From NCBI RefSeq assembly GCF_009914755.1, contig NC_060928.1: DNA of 64,000 nucleotides, one strand, 5' to 3'. The translations under genes and the position numbers were made by a program. The DNA is from the human T2T-CHM13v2.0 reference genome, Homo sapiens. Each line of letters begins with the position of its first letter. Position 1 is the stretch's first letter. Below the pieces are notes generated by a model. That model was not told the DNA's origin and made no database searches. It was given only the letters and a program-made list of their open reading frames with translations. This document shows, piece by piece, positions 1-17,257 of this stretch.

Positions 1-839
1 TTATTTTTTATTCATGTTTTGGATACACATTTTTATAGGATATCCATAAACTGAGGGCCATGGTAACTTTAAATCAATCTATACTTTAAAAACCTTGAAA
101 TTTAGTGTTGGGGTTCATGATTTAAATTTGTTATATGCACATTTTAAATTTACAAACAAATTGTTCAAAATAATTTAGATTTTCTTTATCTAATCCAGTA
201 TGTGACTATGAAGTTTATAACTGATTGAACAAAAATATTACATTTTTAAACAATATGTTATTTAATTGACTTATTCATCAGTGTTTAAGAGCATTGATAA
301 TCACAGATGAAAAAGCCTAGTTCAAAGCAAATGATGAATAGCTGGAAGCCTTCAAATATTGCTTCTTTATGAGAAAAGTTAATTGGTCATATAGTTTCGT
401 AGTAATGAAGATGCCAACAGGACTGTGAGCATTATAAAGAAAATTTATCATCAAGAAAATTCACATTAAATATAATATCTGTGTACTCCAGCCTTAACTT
501 GCAAGCTTGAAAGAAATCGGTTGCTATCTAAAATTTTAGCCCTTTTTTCCTATAGGTTGGTGTTCCATACCTTTACTTGGTGACCTTCTGTTTGACAGAT
601 TACACTTACTACATTCATTAAACAAAAAGTTTAATGTTCTTGTACAAAAATATTAATTTTGGTTCAAATAGCTATACGTCAAACTACTTCAAATCCACAT
701 ATGGATAAAACCTCAGGAGCAAAGCTAACAATTTCTTCTTTTATCTTCTCTAGTAGTTCAAGGAATAGAAATATTACCAATTAGGGATGGCGTGCTTCTT
801 AAATACTGAGTTCATTCTGAAATTGAACATTCAAAATAT

Positions 840-1075
840 ACCATCTCCTTTGTCACCAGTGTCATCTGGGCCACCACTATCTCTCCTGAGTCCTGAAATA
901 ACATCCTAACTGGTGTTCTTTCTTCCACTCTGGCCACATAGCTATTAGCTACATAGCTGTCAAAGCGATCTTTGTAAAACAAAAGTTAGATCATGTCAAT
1001 TATCTGCTTCACCCTCATGATATTTTTAATATAATAACAAATGTTTCAATGGGTTACAATGCCTTCAATAACTAC
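840..1075 (+). mobile_element. L2 LINE fragment
   Basis: ccaccactatctctc...catcctaactggt...ttccactctggcc...gatcatgtca resembles the L2a 3-prime region. Confidence 0.6.
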
Positions 1076-1224
1076 AGATGTCTGCTTAATGCAATTGTAC
1101 CAATTGTCTATTATTTTTAAAACTTGGTATTATCTTTGCTTTATTGTCTTAGTATGAATAACTTTATATAATGACTAGAATTAGGTCTATTTGGAATAAA
1201 ATCCTATCATAATCAGTCAAAAAA

Positions 1225-1875
1225 TTTATTTGTTCATTTAATCATTACTTTACTTAATAAATATGCTTTTTCCTGTATATTTTATTAAAAGCATTGATAG
1301 ATACTGTGACACTACAGGAAAAGGAAAACAAGCAAACTGTGAAAGCCACAAGCATTATTCTTGTAGAACTTAGCTTCTAGTGAGGGATACAAACAAGTAA
1401 AAGAGGCTATTACAATGTGGAAATAACTATAGTGGTAGGATAGTGTACTATGGGAACACATATGTAAAACACCTCTTCTGGACCTGAAGAATCAGGCAAG
1501 TCTACTAAAGGAAATGAATTATAACTTAAGATATGAATAATGTACAGAAATAGTCACATAAAAGAGTGTAGGGATGCTCATGTATGCACATGGGGTGCAT
1601 GTATGGACATAAAGTACATTATATGTGTGTATGTGTTGTGGAGGGATTGGGGGTCATTGTATGATATTGAGATACTTAAATATGTTTCTATATGGCTGCG
1701 ACACAAATGGTGAAGTTGGAGAATAAAACATCAAGTAATAACAAAAGCAGGGACAAATAACATAGCTCCAATAAGCCATATTAAAGAGTTTGAATAATTT
1801 ATTCTAAGACCAACTGGTTATATTCAATAGTTAGAATTAAAGACTGCTATTACCATGTCTGCGTTTTTAAAAGCT
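1225..1875 (-). mobile_element. L2 LINE fragment
   Basis: Degenerate ttcatt tail followed by gaacttagcttctagtgaggga...gtactatgggaacaca, typical of reverse L2. Confidence 0.55.
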
Positions 1876-1877
1876 CA

Positions 1878-2060
1878 TTTTTTTTTTTTTTTTTTTTTTG
1901 TTCCTTGAGACAGGGTCTTGTTCTGTCACTCAGGCTGGTGTGCAGTAGCATGATCATAGCTCACTGTAACCCTGAACTCCTGGGCTCAAGCAATCCTCCC
2001 ACCTCAGTCTCCCAAGTAGCTAGGATCACAGACATGTGCCACCACACCTGGCTAATTTTT
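1878..2060 (-). mobile_element. Old Alu right monomer (AluJ/FRAM-like)
   Basis: poly-T then gagacagggtcttg...tcctgggctcaagcaatcctccc...gctaattttt; left arm absent. Confidence 0.85.
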
Positions 2061-2739
2061 ACTTATTGTTCTTCTGATTACATTGAGAACAATGGATTGC
2101 GGGTTGGGGGGTGGGTAAGGCTGTAAATAAAACAGTTAGAATATGGCAATAGTTTCTAAGCAGATATTTGCTATTGGGTGGAGACTATGATATTCACTTA
2201 GATATTCCACATACCCCTGCAAAATAATGTTACTGCATTCAATATACTATGACAACCATTATAGTTGATGTCAAACAAAATTATTGCTCCTTTTGTACCA
2301 GTTGCTACTCTGAAAAGAGGATTTGGGGCCAGATAACTATGAGAAATAGTCTGTCATATATTAGAAACACATATATATATATATTAAACTTTATATAATA
2401 TATATATTTTTTCCTAATTCTGAAGCCTAGACTTGAGTGATAAAATTTTATTGAAGCAAAAATTGACAAAAACTGGAAGACCTCTAAATCTTACTACTAT
2501 TTTTGCTTAGACAACATTAAATCAACAATATGCATTCATATCCCATTCCTTGCCAACACAGACAGCTTAAAATGTTAAATTATTTACCACAGATGAATCT
2601 ATTTACTTGTGAAAAGTGCATTCATTGGACAGGAGGAAAACTAAAAACAATTGGGAATTTCTGGTATTACTTGAATAAATTTACCCTTATCTGACCAAAA
2701 AAAAAATGATTTGAAGAAATTACAACAAAATGACAAATT

Positions 2740-3200
2740 TTTAAGATAACCTAATAAGAGGGAAAAGACATGAAAGATATAATGAGAAAACCCAGCATTT
2801 ATCTAACAAAAGTGTCAAAAGAATAAAGTAGAAAGAACAAGAACATAAGATTTAAAGACACAACAATGACCAATTTCTAAAATAGATGAAAGTGATAGAT
2901 ATAACTGCATATTCAACAATCATGATGATTTCCAAAACCTATAAGTGAAAATAATACCAATATCAATTTCTTGTTATATGAAAACTGTAAAAATCATAAA
3001 GACAATAAAAAATTTAAGAGACAACAGAGAAGAAAGTAAGATGATGTATAAACTGTGATTTACACTGATAACAAGCTCTTTTAGAGGACAATTAAAAGTA
3101 TGTCATGAGAAATGAAAAAAAAATCACCAAGCTATAAAAAAAGCAAAGAATAGTCAAAACAAGTAAAAAAAAAAGGACAGAAAAAATCACAGACACATTG
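2740..3200 (+). mobile_element. Ancient L1M fragment (ORF1-like)
   Basis: A-rich degenerate L1-like sequence (cagcatttatctaacaaaagtgtcaaaagaa). Confidence 0.4.
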
Positions 3201-3267
3201 TAATTTTATAATAATTATGACATTGTAATTATTATATTTATTATTAAAAAACAAAAATACATTTTAG

Positions 3268-5300
<2,033 letters not shown>

Positions 5301-8294
5301 GAGACCACACATTACTCTATATTTTAAGGTCCAATGGACCCAGACACATATGTCAGCATTTCACATGCAAAGCCACCCATGACCATTATGCTGAGGGGCA
5401 TAGATCCAGACCAATGTAAAATCTGGTAGACACTTGTTTCATTTTCAATTCCAAAGCATAATGGCAAATAATATGTGACAATGTGAAATACTATAAATAT
5501 CTTTTCTCCATCTAATTATTAATCATATCAAACAATTAAACCTAGAGATAATTATAATACCAGCCCAATGTTTGGATTAAAAAATAAAAGTGACATACTT
5601 GCAGCTCAATTCATTTTTTTGACAGAATGAAGTCACCTACGCATTGACTTTCCCATTTAATCTCCCAAATGATTAGTTTGTTCACAATCTAATCCCAGAA
5701 CAAAGTATAATATCCCTAAAGAACCTCAAAATAATTGTGGCAACTAATTCATCAGTACAAATCCTAAATTGCTTTTCTCTTTTATGCCCCTTAACTTAAA
5801 ATGGAAACATGAGTAGTACTTTGCCTCTTTAAGTAAAACATTATACAGTCTCAAAAGGGTATTCACGCACAAGAGGAAACATCTTTCCCATTTTGACTAA
5901 TTCTTGGAACTTGAACAGGAAAACCTTATTCTTCAATACAGACCTTCTAATGATACTTCAAAGACTTACAAGCACCCTAGAGACTGTTGAGAAGTGCCCA
6001 TTGTTACATGATAAAGCTGCCTCACAGAACAGGTGGCTTCAATCACTTTTGGATAAGTAGCTTCTTTCTGTGAGATATCTTGCATCACATACATTGACTG
6101 GTCAAAAAGAAATACTAGCTTTTTATTTTTTCATTTAAAAAAGAAATGAAAAAGGCCGTAACCATATTTGTTCTTACAATATGTTTTCAAGTATCTTCAA
6201 ATAATCTTTTTTGATACAAGACATTTTAAATTGTTTTGGATTGAATATTTAAATACTATTCTACTACATTTTTACCACATTTTACAATCCCAATTATATA
6301 CCAAAATAAACACAGTCCTTTTTCCTAGCCATTGATTATAGTAGGCTGTAGGTATATAGGTTCAAAGTTATATTTAAAAATAGAATTAATAAACATAGTT
6401 GTGGCACCTAAGTATGACATTCAAAGGATAGAATTACACTTTTATAACAATTAAACAGCAATATAATGTGAGTCAAATATGTCCTTGAGCAGGGTAAAGC
6501 TGTTTTATCAAAGTTAGTACAGCTATAACAAGTTTTTATAACTATAGTCAGGTGCTGTTAAAACTAGATTTTTTTGTAAACTTTCTATATAATAGCACTG
6601 ACAAGGCAAGATTCCTAGAATAACCTAAATAGGCCTAATGTTGTGGTCAGATATTCATATATGTATAAATGAGCTATGAGATATGTTTACGAATGATTGT
6701 GTGTTGCCAATTAAGAGGAAGGATGAATGTGACTGCAAATGAGAAGAGTCTGTGAAAGCTTGGAAAAATCAGACATGGGCTATTGAGGTGACTGGCTGCT
6801 GCCAGAGGACCTTTTCTTCCTACTAGTTTAATTTTTAACATTTTCTTCTTTAAATGTCCAAAAAAGTCATATTATCTTGTTAGTTAAAGCTAATGTTTCA
6901 TCTCTTTAAAATTATTTTGTGGGTGATGATGAAGTTTGGGCAGGTGGGGAAATCTATCCAGTAAATATTTTTAAATCATCAGAAGATCAGCAATAGAGAA
7001 TAAATCAACAATAATGAATAAAATTAATTCCATTGAAAAGTTTCATGGACTTTCAGCTTTTCTTCAAAATGTTATTGATCATGCCTGTACATTTTATTGG
7101 TAAGTTGTGTTTAACCACTTCAGAGATTACTATTTGGTGTGGTGGGAGTTAAAATTTATAACCAATTTCAATTTCTGTACAATTTTTTAAATGCAAATAG
7201 ATTAACGCATTTATTTTCCTATGAGACATTTAACATGTATAACAAATGTGAAATAGATTAACACACCTATTCCTAACACAATTGAGAAGGTAATTCATAT
7301 ACAAATGTTATTTTAAATGCTGAGATATGTTAGAAAACTTATTTTGTAGTGTTCTTTAAGTTACATAAACACACACACTCCAGCGAAGGACAGAGAAGGG
7401 TAGTTACTCTAAGTAAACTTGTGATGGAGACTGATTATTGCTAATAAATAAATAAATAAATTAGCTAGCTCAGCTAAAATACCAAAAAAAAAAAAAGACA
7501 AACATCCTATGGCTGTTGGAATGCATAAATTAAAAATCAGAAAGTAAATGTGTAAACATTCACTTAAAGCATAGTGTCAGTTTCCTTGAATGCAAGCAAA
7601 TAAACTAAAATGTGTAATGTTTGTCCTTAAATTTGAAAGAACTAAAGCAGAAATGATAAGGAAATTAGTGTATTCAAAAGATTCATAGCTAAAAACAGTT
7701 TCTGCACTGTATTAAATATGTATTCTATTTAGCATCTTTAACACTCTAGGTACAATAACCTAAACTTAATTGAAAAAAGAAGACGAAGAAGAAAAATCCT
7801 CCAAAAAGAAGAAATTGTGCTGACTTGGTCAGCATTCTTTTTCTTTCCTATGTTTTCCATTTTCACTGAGTAAAAGTTTCTAGGAACTTCTTTCTTCAAT
7901 CTTTGTCCATATAAACAATGGTTTTAGTGACTCAGAATTATTATAAGTTAAATGCACACAGTTTGGCAAATATTTGCTTCCATGGATAATCATTTTTTGA
8001 TACTCGTAATGTAAGCTGTTTTTCTCTTGAATTTTACTATACCAGCACACATAAAAAGTTATACCTACTTAAAAATCCTAATTAAAATATTCAATAAAAA
8101 TAATATGCTCTTGTTTATGTGTAGAAATTATAATGGAAAGTTAACACAAATCTACATAAATCACTAAATATTTCACTAAGCAATACATTTTGTAAACATG
8201 TTTTTACAATCTGTCACGTCTTTTTTTCCAAGATATGTGAAAATAAATTAAGGTTAAGATTTTTAATTCTCCAACTCTTTAGGTCAATGAAACT

Positions 8295-8322
8295 GCCGTG
8301 GGCCACAGGTTGGACCAGCTTG
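8295..8322 (+). mobile_element. MER30-like hAT DNA transposon terminal fragment
   Basis: gccgtgggccacaggttggaccagcttg resembles the MER30 end ...GGGCCGCGGGTTGGACAAGCTTG; very short match. Confidence 0.45.
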
Positions 8323-8887
8323 CTCTAAAACAATAATTGGTCACAGAGAGAACCAAGGAAAGACAGTCTCCCAATAAACAGAAACACCTGAAATTGGTGA
8401 TCAGCAGCATCCTGATAAGATCTCAGGAGCTGGGTAAGTGGACTTAAGCACGTTCATTAAGAAGCAAAGTAGCAGAGTTCATCTGGTATATGACCTTCTA
8501 GGGACATTCAGCTGGTAAGGGAAGAATGTCTCAAGTAAGCATGTGTACAACTCCAGTAAACACACCGCACATGCTCCCCCGACCAGTGCTAGTAGTCCAC
8601 TGTGCTTGTGGATAGCCCACCCCAAGGGAAGAATCAGGGGAGAAGGGATGCAAGACCCTGGAAGCATGCCAACACATAAAACCCTAAGTCAAATGTCAAA
8701 CCAGGCAGTTGATCTGTCAAGTCACCCACTTTTCCCTCTTTCAAGTGTAGTTTATTTTCTTTCATTCCTGCCCTAAATCTTGCCTAGGTCTCTCCTTCTG
8801 CCTTATGCTGCCTCGGTTGAATTCTTTCTTCTGAGAAGGCAAGAATTGAGTTTGCTGCAGACCCCTACGGATTTGCTGCCACTAATA
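8323..8887 (+). mobile_element. MER50 ERV1 LTR, 5-prime truncated
   Basis: gataagatctcaggag, cccaccccaagggaagaatcaggggagaaggg and gaattctttcttctgag...gctgcagaccc match remembered MER50 consensus. Confidence 0.85.
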
Positions 8888-8899
8888 ATATGAATTGTG

Positions 8900-9210
<311 letters not shown>

Positions 9211-9865
9211 AATATGAACAGTGTTGGTCCTATGCAATGGTCCTCAGCAAATATGGAAGAAAGGTAATTTATTCAATGAAAAATCTTTTTAGTTGTGTAC
9301 AAAAAGTATAGATCAGAGTCAGATGCCTACTAGACAAATGTCAATGCATGAAAAAGGCTATGACTTGTTCTATTTAAAGGCAAAGAATAGTGTAAATGCT
9401 GTAAGGTAACTTTGCCACAGAGATTTCCATAGATTCAACAGCTTCTAGAATGTACACATTATACATGTGAGTCTATCAGATAATGTAACTGCTCAAAATT
9501 GCATCCTGACACTTAGAGTTTTTTGAGAAAGAGTCCATCTGCTTCCACAAATTTCAAAGTGGATGAAACCAGTATGTTTTGGAAATTGATGCCTATTATA
9601 ACTTAAATTGACCTGACAGAACAGCAAAAGTTCAGTTTAAAACTTTAAAGCACAGACTGCAAGTACTATTTAGTGGAAGTGCATTCAAAATTGCAAACTT
9701 TATCCTTTCTTAGTCATGCTGAAGAAATGGGTTATGAATAGCCTTTTGGGAATTAACTTATTTTTAAGTAGAGAGATGCCTATGTTAGTCCTCTTTTCTT
9801 TCTCACCTCTGACTCTCTCTCTTTCTCTTTCATACAAATACACATTTTATGAAAATTATATTTCT

Positions 9866-10195
<330 letters not shown>

Positions 10196-12139
10196 TTATG
10201 TTTCTTTCTTCTTGTTAGTGGGAAATCACCTAAATTTTAGTTTGCACATCAATTTACTAGAGTGCACACAAGCAAACAGCTGGACATCAGGCCTGTCCTT
10301 TCTTATTCCTTGCTAGATGTTCTCTCTAGTTCTTGAGAATACTTATCATAAATATTGATCATTTCTTAGTGGTTGCTAGAAGTAACTTCTCATAAGGAAC
10401 GCTGATCTGCTTACAACTCAGGTAATTAGTGTAGATTTATTTTAACACTGTGAGGAAGCAATATCAATGCATTCATAAAATCATTGATACATGCAAGAGA
10501 AACAGTAAACAATATTCTGAACTTTGTTTCTATTTCCTTTTTTAACTTATTAGAAAATAATTTTATTTCAGTAACATTACTATGTAATGACAAATGTGAC
10601 ACACATAAAGAAAAAAAGCAGATGGTACAATTTAGTGCACTGTCATTGACATTTAACTCTTAACAATCACTGCTCAATCTAACCTTCATTGGCCCAGACT
10701 TGATTAGAATGAATTTAAATACAAATGCCCTGAACACATAGGATCGGTTTTCTTAAATTCTGAAGAGTTATTAACATTGTTAAAACATTATGCCCATAGT
10801 AAGAACAAAAACTGAGTCCCAAACTCGTTTCTTACACATTTTATAGTTGTACATCTTTATTAACTAAATTTGAAATATTTTTCCCCTTCTGTTCAAGTAA
10901 ACATCAGATTTCAGAAGCCATTCACAAGTACATTATTTTTTCTACTTAAATGGACAGTAGAAGATCCCAGAAGGAAAGTTGTGGGGAGAGAGAAACTTGT
11001 TAAAAGAACTTTGAATCCGTATGAATAACTAGTTCGCAAATTTGCTTGAAAATGGGTGCATTCAGAATGAATGCCCTAACAGTGCTCTGCTAGCCTGTCA
11101 GTGGAAGAAAAAGGAATTTCTATTGCAGAGGCAGATCTCTACTGTGTTTGCCTTCCTTGGCCGATTTCACAGCATTAATTACTGCAGTTTTATTTCTGAA
11201 CCCTTCTTTACTCTGTTCTTCGATTTTTTTTTTTTTTCTTCACAGGAGTGGAAGAAAAGGAAACAGTAGTATAATCTGCCATATTCTAAGCATTCTAAGC
11301 ATAATGTAGAAGCTGATCTATTGTCTCCAATTTGTTAAAGACCAATAAGAAGAAAAACTATGCACTTTGTTTTAGAATCATTGATGAAATGTTAATGCTG
11401 ATTAGTGTGTCACAACAAGACTGTCGTATTTTTAACCAATCTCACATGCTGCTTAATTTATGATAGGAGTGCTTGAAGGAAGCCAATTAATTAATGAATC
11501 TTGGAAATGTTTAATTAAATTTCTAATCAACATAAAAGGTGCATGAGAACACAATTATTTTAGTGAAATATTAATCTATCAAAGGATATCAGTTGTAAGT
11601 GGAAAAATCATACAAAATAAATATATATACACACACACACACACATACACATTGCTATTAGCTGATTTGTAATATGTCACCTATCCACTTTCCCAGAGGT
11701 GATTAGTAATACATGAAAATTTTCTTTCTGTTTCAATCCATGGAAGTAAGTTGATATACTTGAATTCATCCTTTCATTCCTTTCTATCTAATTAAAGTGC
11801 TTAGTGCCTGAAAATTCATACCTCCAAGAGTTTATTTGCTATCTCATTGTAGCAATGAACATTATATGCATTATAAATATCATTGTTTTATTAGGGTATA
11901 ATGCAAATCTGCATAACTAAAAAGACAGAAATGATAACCTGAGAACTGACCTCCTTATACTTAAAAGCAGGAAAAAAAAATAGACTTTTAATAAGCTACA
12001 CATACTTTCAATTGTGAACTGAAATAAACATACTGCGTTAATTCCTCCAGTAAGAATGAGTGGGAGAAAAGGAACATTGAGCTGCACAGGAAGAGACTGC
12101 ATACTGTTTTTGTTAATGGGATTTAGTTCAGTGAAGGCT

Positions 12140-12295
12140 GGCTGGGTTATTTACAGTCTTCTACTTAGGCTTCTAGTGACTTCTGTGACTTTAGCAAGTT
12201 ACTTAAACTTGGTGTCCTCGCCTGTTAACTGGGGAGACACTATACCTACATCATAGGATCATTATAAGCATTGAATGATTTGATTGATAAAAAAC
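12140..12295 (+). mobile_element. MIR SINE fragment
   Basis: ctgtgactttagcaagttacttaaac core and tacctacatcatagga. Confidence 0.7.
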
Positions 12296-12780
12296 AACTA
12301 TAAGTTATACCTTAAATAAGTAATAAGCAAACTATAAGTTATACATTAAATAAGTAATTCCTTTTCCCCTATTCTTCCACTATGGAACATATTTCTCTTT
12401 AATTTGAGAATATATTATATTTATGTGAACCAGTATTTGCTAAGAATTGCTTAAAGGTGTACATCTCAGATGAGGTGTCAAGAACTCAAAATTTGAAATA
12501 AATACTTTTTCTATATATATTATTATTTCTATACATATTATCTTTTTCTAAATTATTACTTTTTGGTCAATGAAGAGTCGTGTAGCATAACACAGTAGTT
12601 TTCTAAGCACAGCTAAGCACCTACTACACCAGAATCAACAAGTAAAATTATTCGGAGTGTAGATATTATGGCTAATGCTGTTTCTGTTATATCAGGTGGC
12701 TGATTTTGCAATGCCAATATAACATATAAATGTATGCTACTTAGATTTATTTTTAAAGATTGCTTAAGAATAACTTTTTT

Positions 12781-13083
<303 letters not shown>

Positions 13084-13149
13084 TTATTCTTTGCACTTAT
13101 TTTATCTCAAAAATGTGTGAAGCAAAATTTAGTTTCATACGAAGAAATT

Positions 13150-13660
13150 GTAATGGCTCTTCAATGCATAGAGAATTAAATGAAATATTTATATTCTAGT
13201 ATTGAAGCCCTCCAAAATCTTATATCAATTTACCTTTCCAAACATATCATCCCTTATACAGCATGAACTAGACCGTTCTAAATCTTTTATGCATCTTTGA
13301 CAATGCTACTTCTCTGCCTTTACTCAATATGTTTCCATAACTCAACATGCTCTTTTCCATCTTAGCATGTCCAAATCCTACACACAATTGATGACCTTAT
13401 TCAACTGTCTCCTTAATGAAATCTTTTGAGTGTCTCATCTGGAAATAATCCCTGTTTCTTCTTAATGTTCACATTAATTTATTAATCTTCCTAATAAACC
13501 TACTTTTAACTTTATCTTAGAGTTACTTGTATCCATATGTAATTCCCATATTAAACTGTACACTCATTGAAGACAGAAATTTTGATTCATTTCTATTTTT
13601 CAAGTATTACCTACAATAGTACCTTTCTAATAGTAGGTATTCAAAATTATTATATAGTAC
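13150..13660 (+). mobile_element. L2 3-prime fragment
   Basis: aatggctcttcaatgc...tgaagacagaaat...tagtaggtattcaaaa L2 terminal motifs. Confidence 0.55.
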
Positions 13661-15244
13661 ATGTATAAATAGAAACAAGCCTACAGTAAATATTACCTGT
13701 TATTAATTTGTTCAATAATTTAGTGAACCGTTCATTTACAAGATTTATTTATGCTCCATTTGGCTCCATTTAGAATTTGAGATGAATATCGTCATTAAGA
13801 AGGCAAGTTAACATATTCATTAATATAAATCAAAATATCTTTCTCTTTTATTAATTTTAAGTGCTTAGTCACACAGTGATGATGCATGTGAATTTTCACA
13901 CCTGTTATTTTTTGAGAGTAAGAATCAATTGCATTTTCACATTCTAACACCTGCAAACAAGATAAGCAAGAAATGCATAAGCAGAAATCTGAATTATTAT
14001 GTTTCTTTCCTCTGAAGTTTAAACTGGGGCCAATTTGTGTTACACACATTCAAGGGATGTAAGGACCATACTCAATACTTAGTTTAGTTCCTAATTCAAA
14101 TAGGATATTGAAATAAAGTAAGGTAAGTAACACATCTTAATAATGGGCTTCAGTTTAAATTTTCTGATCTGGAACTGGCAAATTATTGTATCTCATCAAT
14201 AACATGGAAACTAAAGGAAAACAAAACAACAATTTCAAAAGTTAATCCAGCTTTATGGGAAACTACTTTTCCATTATTTATCACAATCTATTTCAGTTGA
14301 GATAAATAATGCACAAATCACTGTTCTTTTTGAGGATTTTAATATATCTTAGTATATATATAAATACTTTCATTTACTATTGCATATGGAAAGTAGGAAT
14401 AATTAGTTGAATAAAAGGCTATCCCTTTTACTGTGTCAGTGGTCTGAACTGTAACTTGACATACACAGATTTACCTCTAAGGCATGATTACTGTCAATTT
14501 TTCTTCTCTTTTCTCACATACTGAAACTCATACCAAGAACATATATAGAGTAATAATATACATGTGTTTATTAAAGCTATTTACCATTACAAAATTTTCC
14601 AAACATGGAAACAATAAAATGAAACCTAAATTTTTATATTTATGCATTTCAGTCTCTCTTTTGTTAGAATGGAAATGAAACATTAAAGCCAATGAGTCAA
14701 TATGGGAGACAGTAATTTTTATAAAGGAAATCTAAAAAAGAAGATAGTTAAAATCAGCAAATGAAAGAAAAGCTAATGAAAAATATTGATTGATTATAAA
14801 ATATTCAGTTATCCAATAACTGTTTAGTACATTAAAAAGGAGAAAAATGTGTACTAGTGCTAATGCTGGGTATAGGGAACCCTATTCAAACCATATTTTG
14901 AAATAATCTACGCTTAATATTAAATTAGCTTTGAATCTCGACGTGAGAAACTGGAAAATAATGCATTCTTGACCTTTCTTTCCAATTTGATTTCTGTTGT
15001 AATCTAATGTAAAGATAATTAAGGACACTTTTATTTTAAAATTATATATACACATATATGTACATGTATTCTGCTGATGGAAATATATATAGGAAATTTA
15101 AATATATATAGGGAACAGAATTATGTTAATGTATGTAGAATTTTAATATTATACAGTCTCAAGTTTCAAAACCATATTTACATTACTATATATTCATATT
15201 TCTAAATGTGAATTTAACTGTCTGAATGAAGATAGCTAGCCATA

Positions 15245-15425
15245 GTTTGAATCTCAACTTCACCTTCAACTATACTATTAAAACATTATTTAGTTTCCTT
15301 ATGTCTCAGATTTTTAGCTTTGAATGAAGACTCTACATAGGAATACTAGATAATTAAATGAGAAATTAATGTAAATAACTTAGTTTTGTGCCTGGAATAT
15401 ACTAAATACTCAGTAACTATTATTT
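15245..15425 (+). mobile_element. MIR SINE
   Basis: gtttgaatctcaac...attaaatgagaaattaatgtaaa...tgcctggaatatactaaatactcagtaa. Confidence 0.65.
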
Positions 15426-17257
15426 ATAAGTAATGACTTTTTAAGGTTAACATCCATAAAAAGTAAAAAAGTCAAAAGTATATTTAAATATTTTATGTAA
15501 TATATAGGCATTTAAAATATAGCAATATTACTCATTGTCTTAGTAGATAGGCAGGTAGATAAAAATTAGAGACTTCTAAGTGTTCACAGTAGTTTTTTCA
15601 ATTGATTTGTATGTATTTGACATTTGGGAATTAATTAGCCTAAAGAAGTGTTTCTCTCATTGAAACTGTAATGGTGAAAAGGATTTGTATGTGTGTTGGT
15701 ATATGCTTCAATGTACGTGTGTGTTTGAGGTGAATGAGGGGAGATAGAGAATTATTTTATACCACAGTGATTTTTATTATAGATAGTAGTTTAATGATTT
15801 TTCTTACAGATTTTATATTTAATCACTGCACAATAATTTAATGTGGTTAATCATCAAATTGCTATTAGTGTCATGGATTGTATGTGTGATAAAATAACCA
15901 TAACACTGGAAATAAACAAAAATTTACTATAAATATTCCACATGATCACTACACTTTCATTTAAATCATAAATACCCTCATAATTACATACCATAACACT
16001 AAATTTTAACATTTTGAAATCTGTCTTCACCTAACAACAAATCAGCAATTAGCAATAAGAGAGTTATTGTAAATGTACACCTAGCAACCAAGACTAAACT
16101 TAAAGTCTAAAAACTAGACTTGCTTGTGATGAAGACTTTAAGTGAAGAACAGATCCAGTCACTATCTGTGATTTAATATTATGTTTCCATTTGGCTATAC
16201 AATCTTGATGTTCTTGTTTGTTTTATTTTTATGCAGTTTATTCACATGTATTAAAAGGATGTCACTGTAAATCACTGAAAAACAGAAAATTTATATTACT
16301 GTAAATCTAAATATGTAATGTTGCCGTTCTCTTAAAGGACTTCCAATTTGCTCTAACATATTTTCGATATACAAATTTACTACCATGTAACAGGTAAACT
16401 AATAATTTCCTCAGCATTATCTTTTGCTATTTTAGAAAGTATTTATTTTACTATATTCTTCATACAAAAATTCCATGAAAACATATCACAAAAGAGCAGA
16501 TTAATGGAGGACGTAGAAAAAGAAAGACTATTAATCAAGCTATCTGGCTTATAAAGCTGTAAGTCATGACTTTCATAAAAGATATATAAACCTTGCAACC
16601 TCAGAAGTAAAATGACACATTTAATGGGTACAGCAAAACTTCATTAACAGCTACAAAAATGGGGCACATTTGAAACCATGATGTATCCAAAGAGCTGTTT
16701 CTTAAGCTTTGAAATATAGACATGAAAATATTGTGAAATATAAAAAGGAGCAAAATGAGAACAAAAGCTAATGAGGAAATATTATCATAAAAGAAACCCA
16801 GGTCAAGTCTACAGAGATACAATAACAGAATATAATTGATATTGAATCATTATGCAGTTAACCAAGCAGAACATGCCGTCTACTGGAGAAATCAAGCATA
16901 TGCACACATTAGATTATAAAGAGATAGTAGACAGATTGATAGGCAGATAGATAGAATAGAATATTAATACATAATTAATACAGGGCTATTGGAGAAGTGT
17001 AGTCTTTTACATTTTAGGAATCGTCTGTGTTGATTTCCGAATTATCATCTTTTGAGCACTAATGTGGTCACGGGACACTTCTCAAGCCAAATTCTTTAGG
17101 TTCAAATTCTGAATTCTTTACCTACTAGCTAAATACAAGTTTCTTAGATTATTTATATATTGTCTTTCCCCTCAGTAAGAAGAACAATTATAAAAATGAT
17201 AGAATAATTTTTATTTTATTCTCCAAGTATTGCTACGCATTTTGCAAGTATACCATG

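Noticed and set aside
11224-11250. Plus-strand polypyrimidine plus cacag acceptor-like site
   Set aside because: Antisense to EPHA5 with no matching donor or exon evidence; T-runs give such matches by chance.
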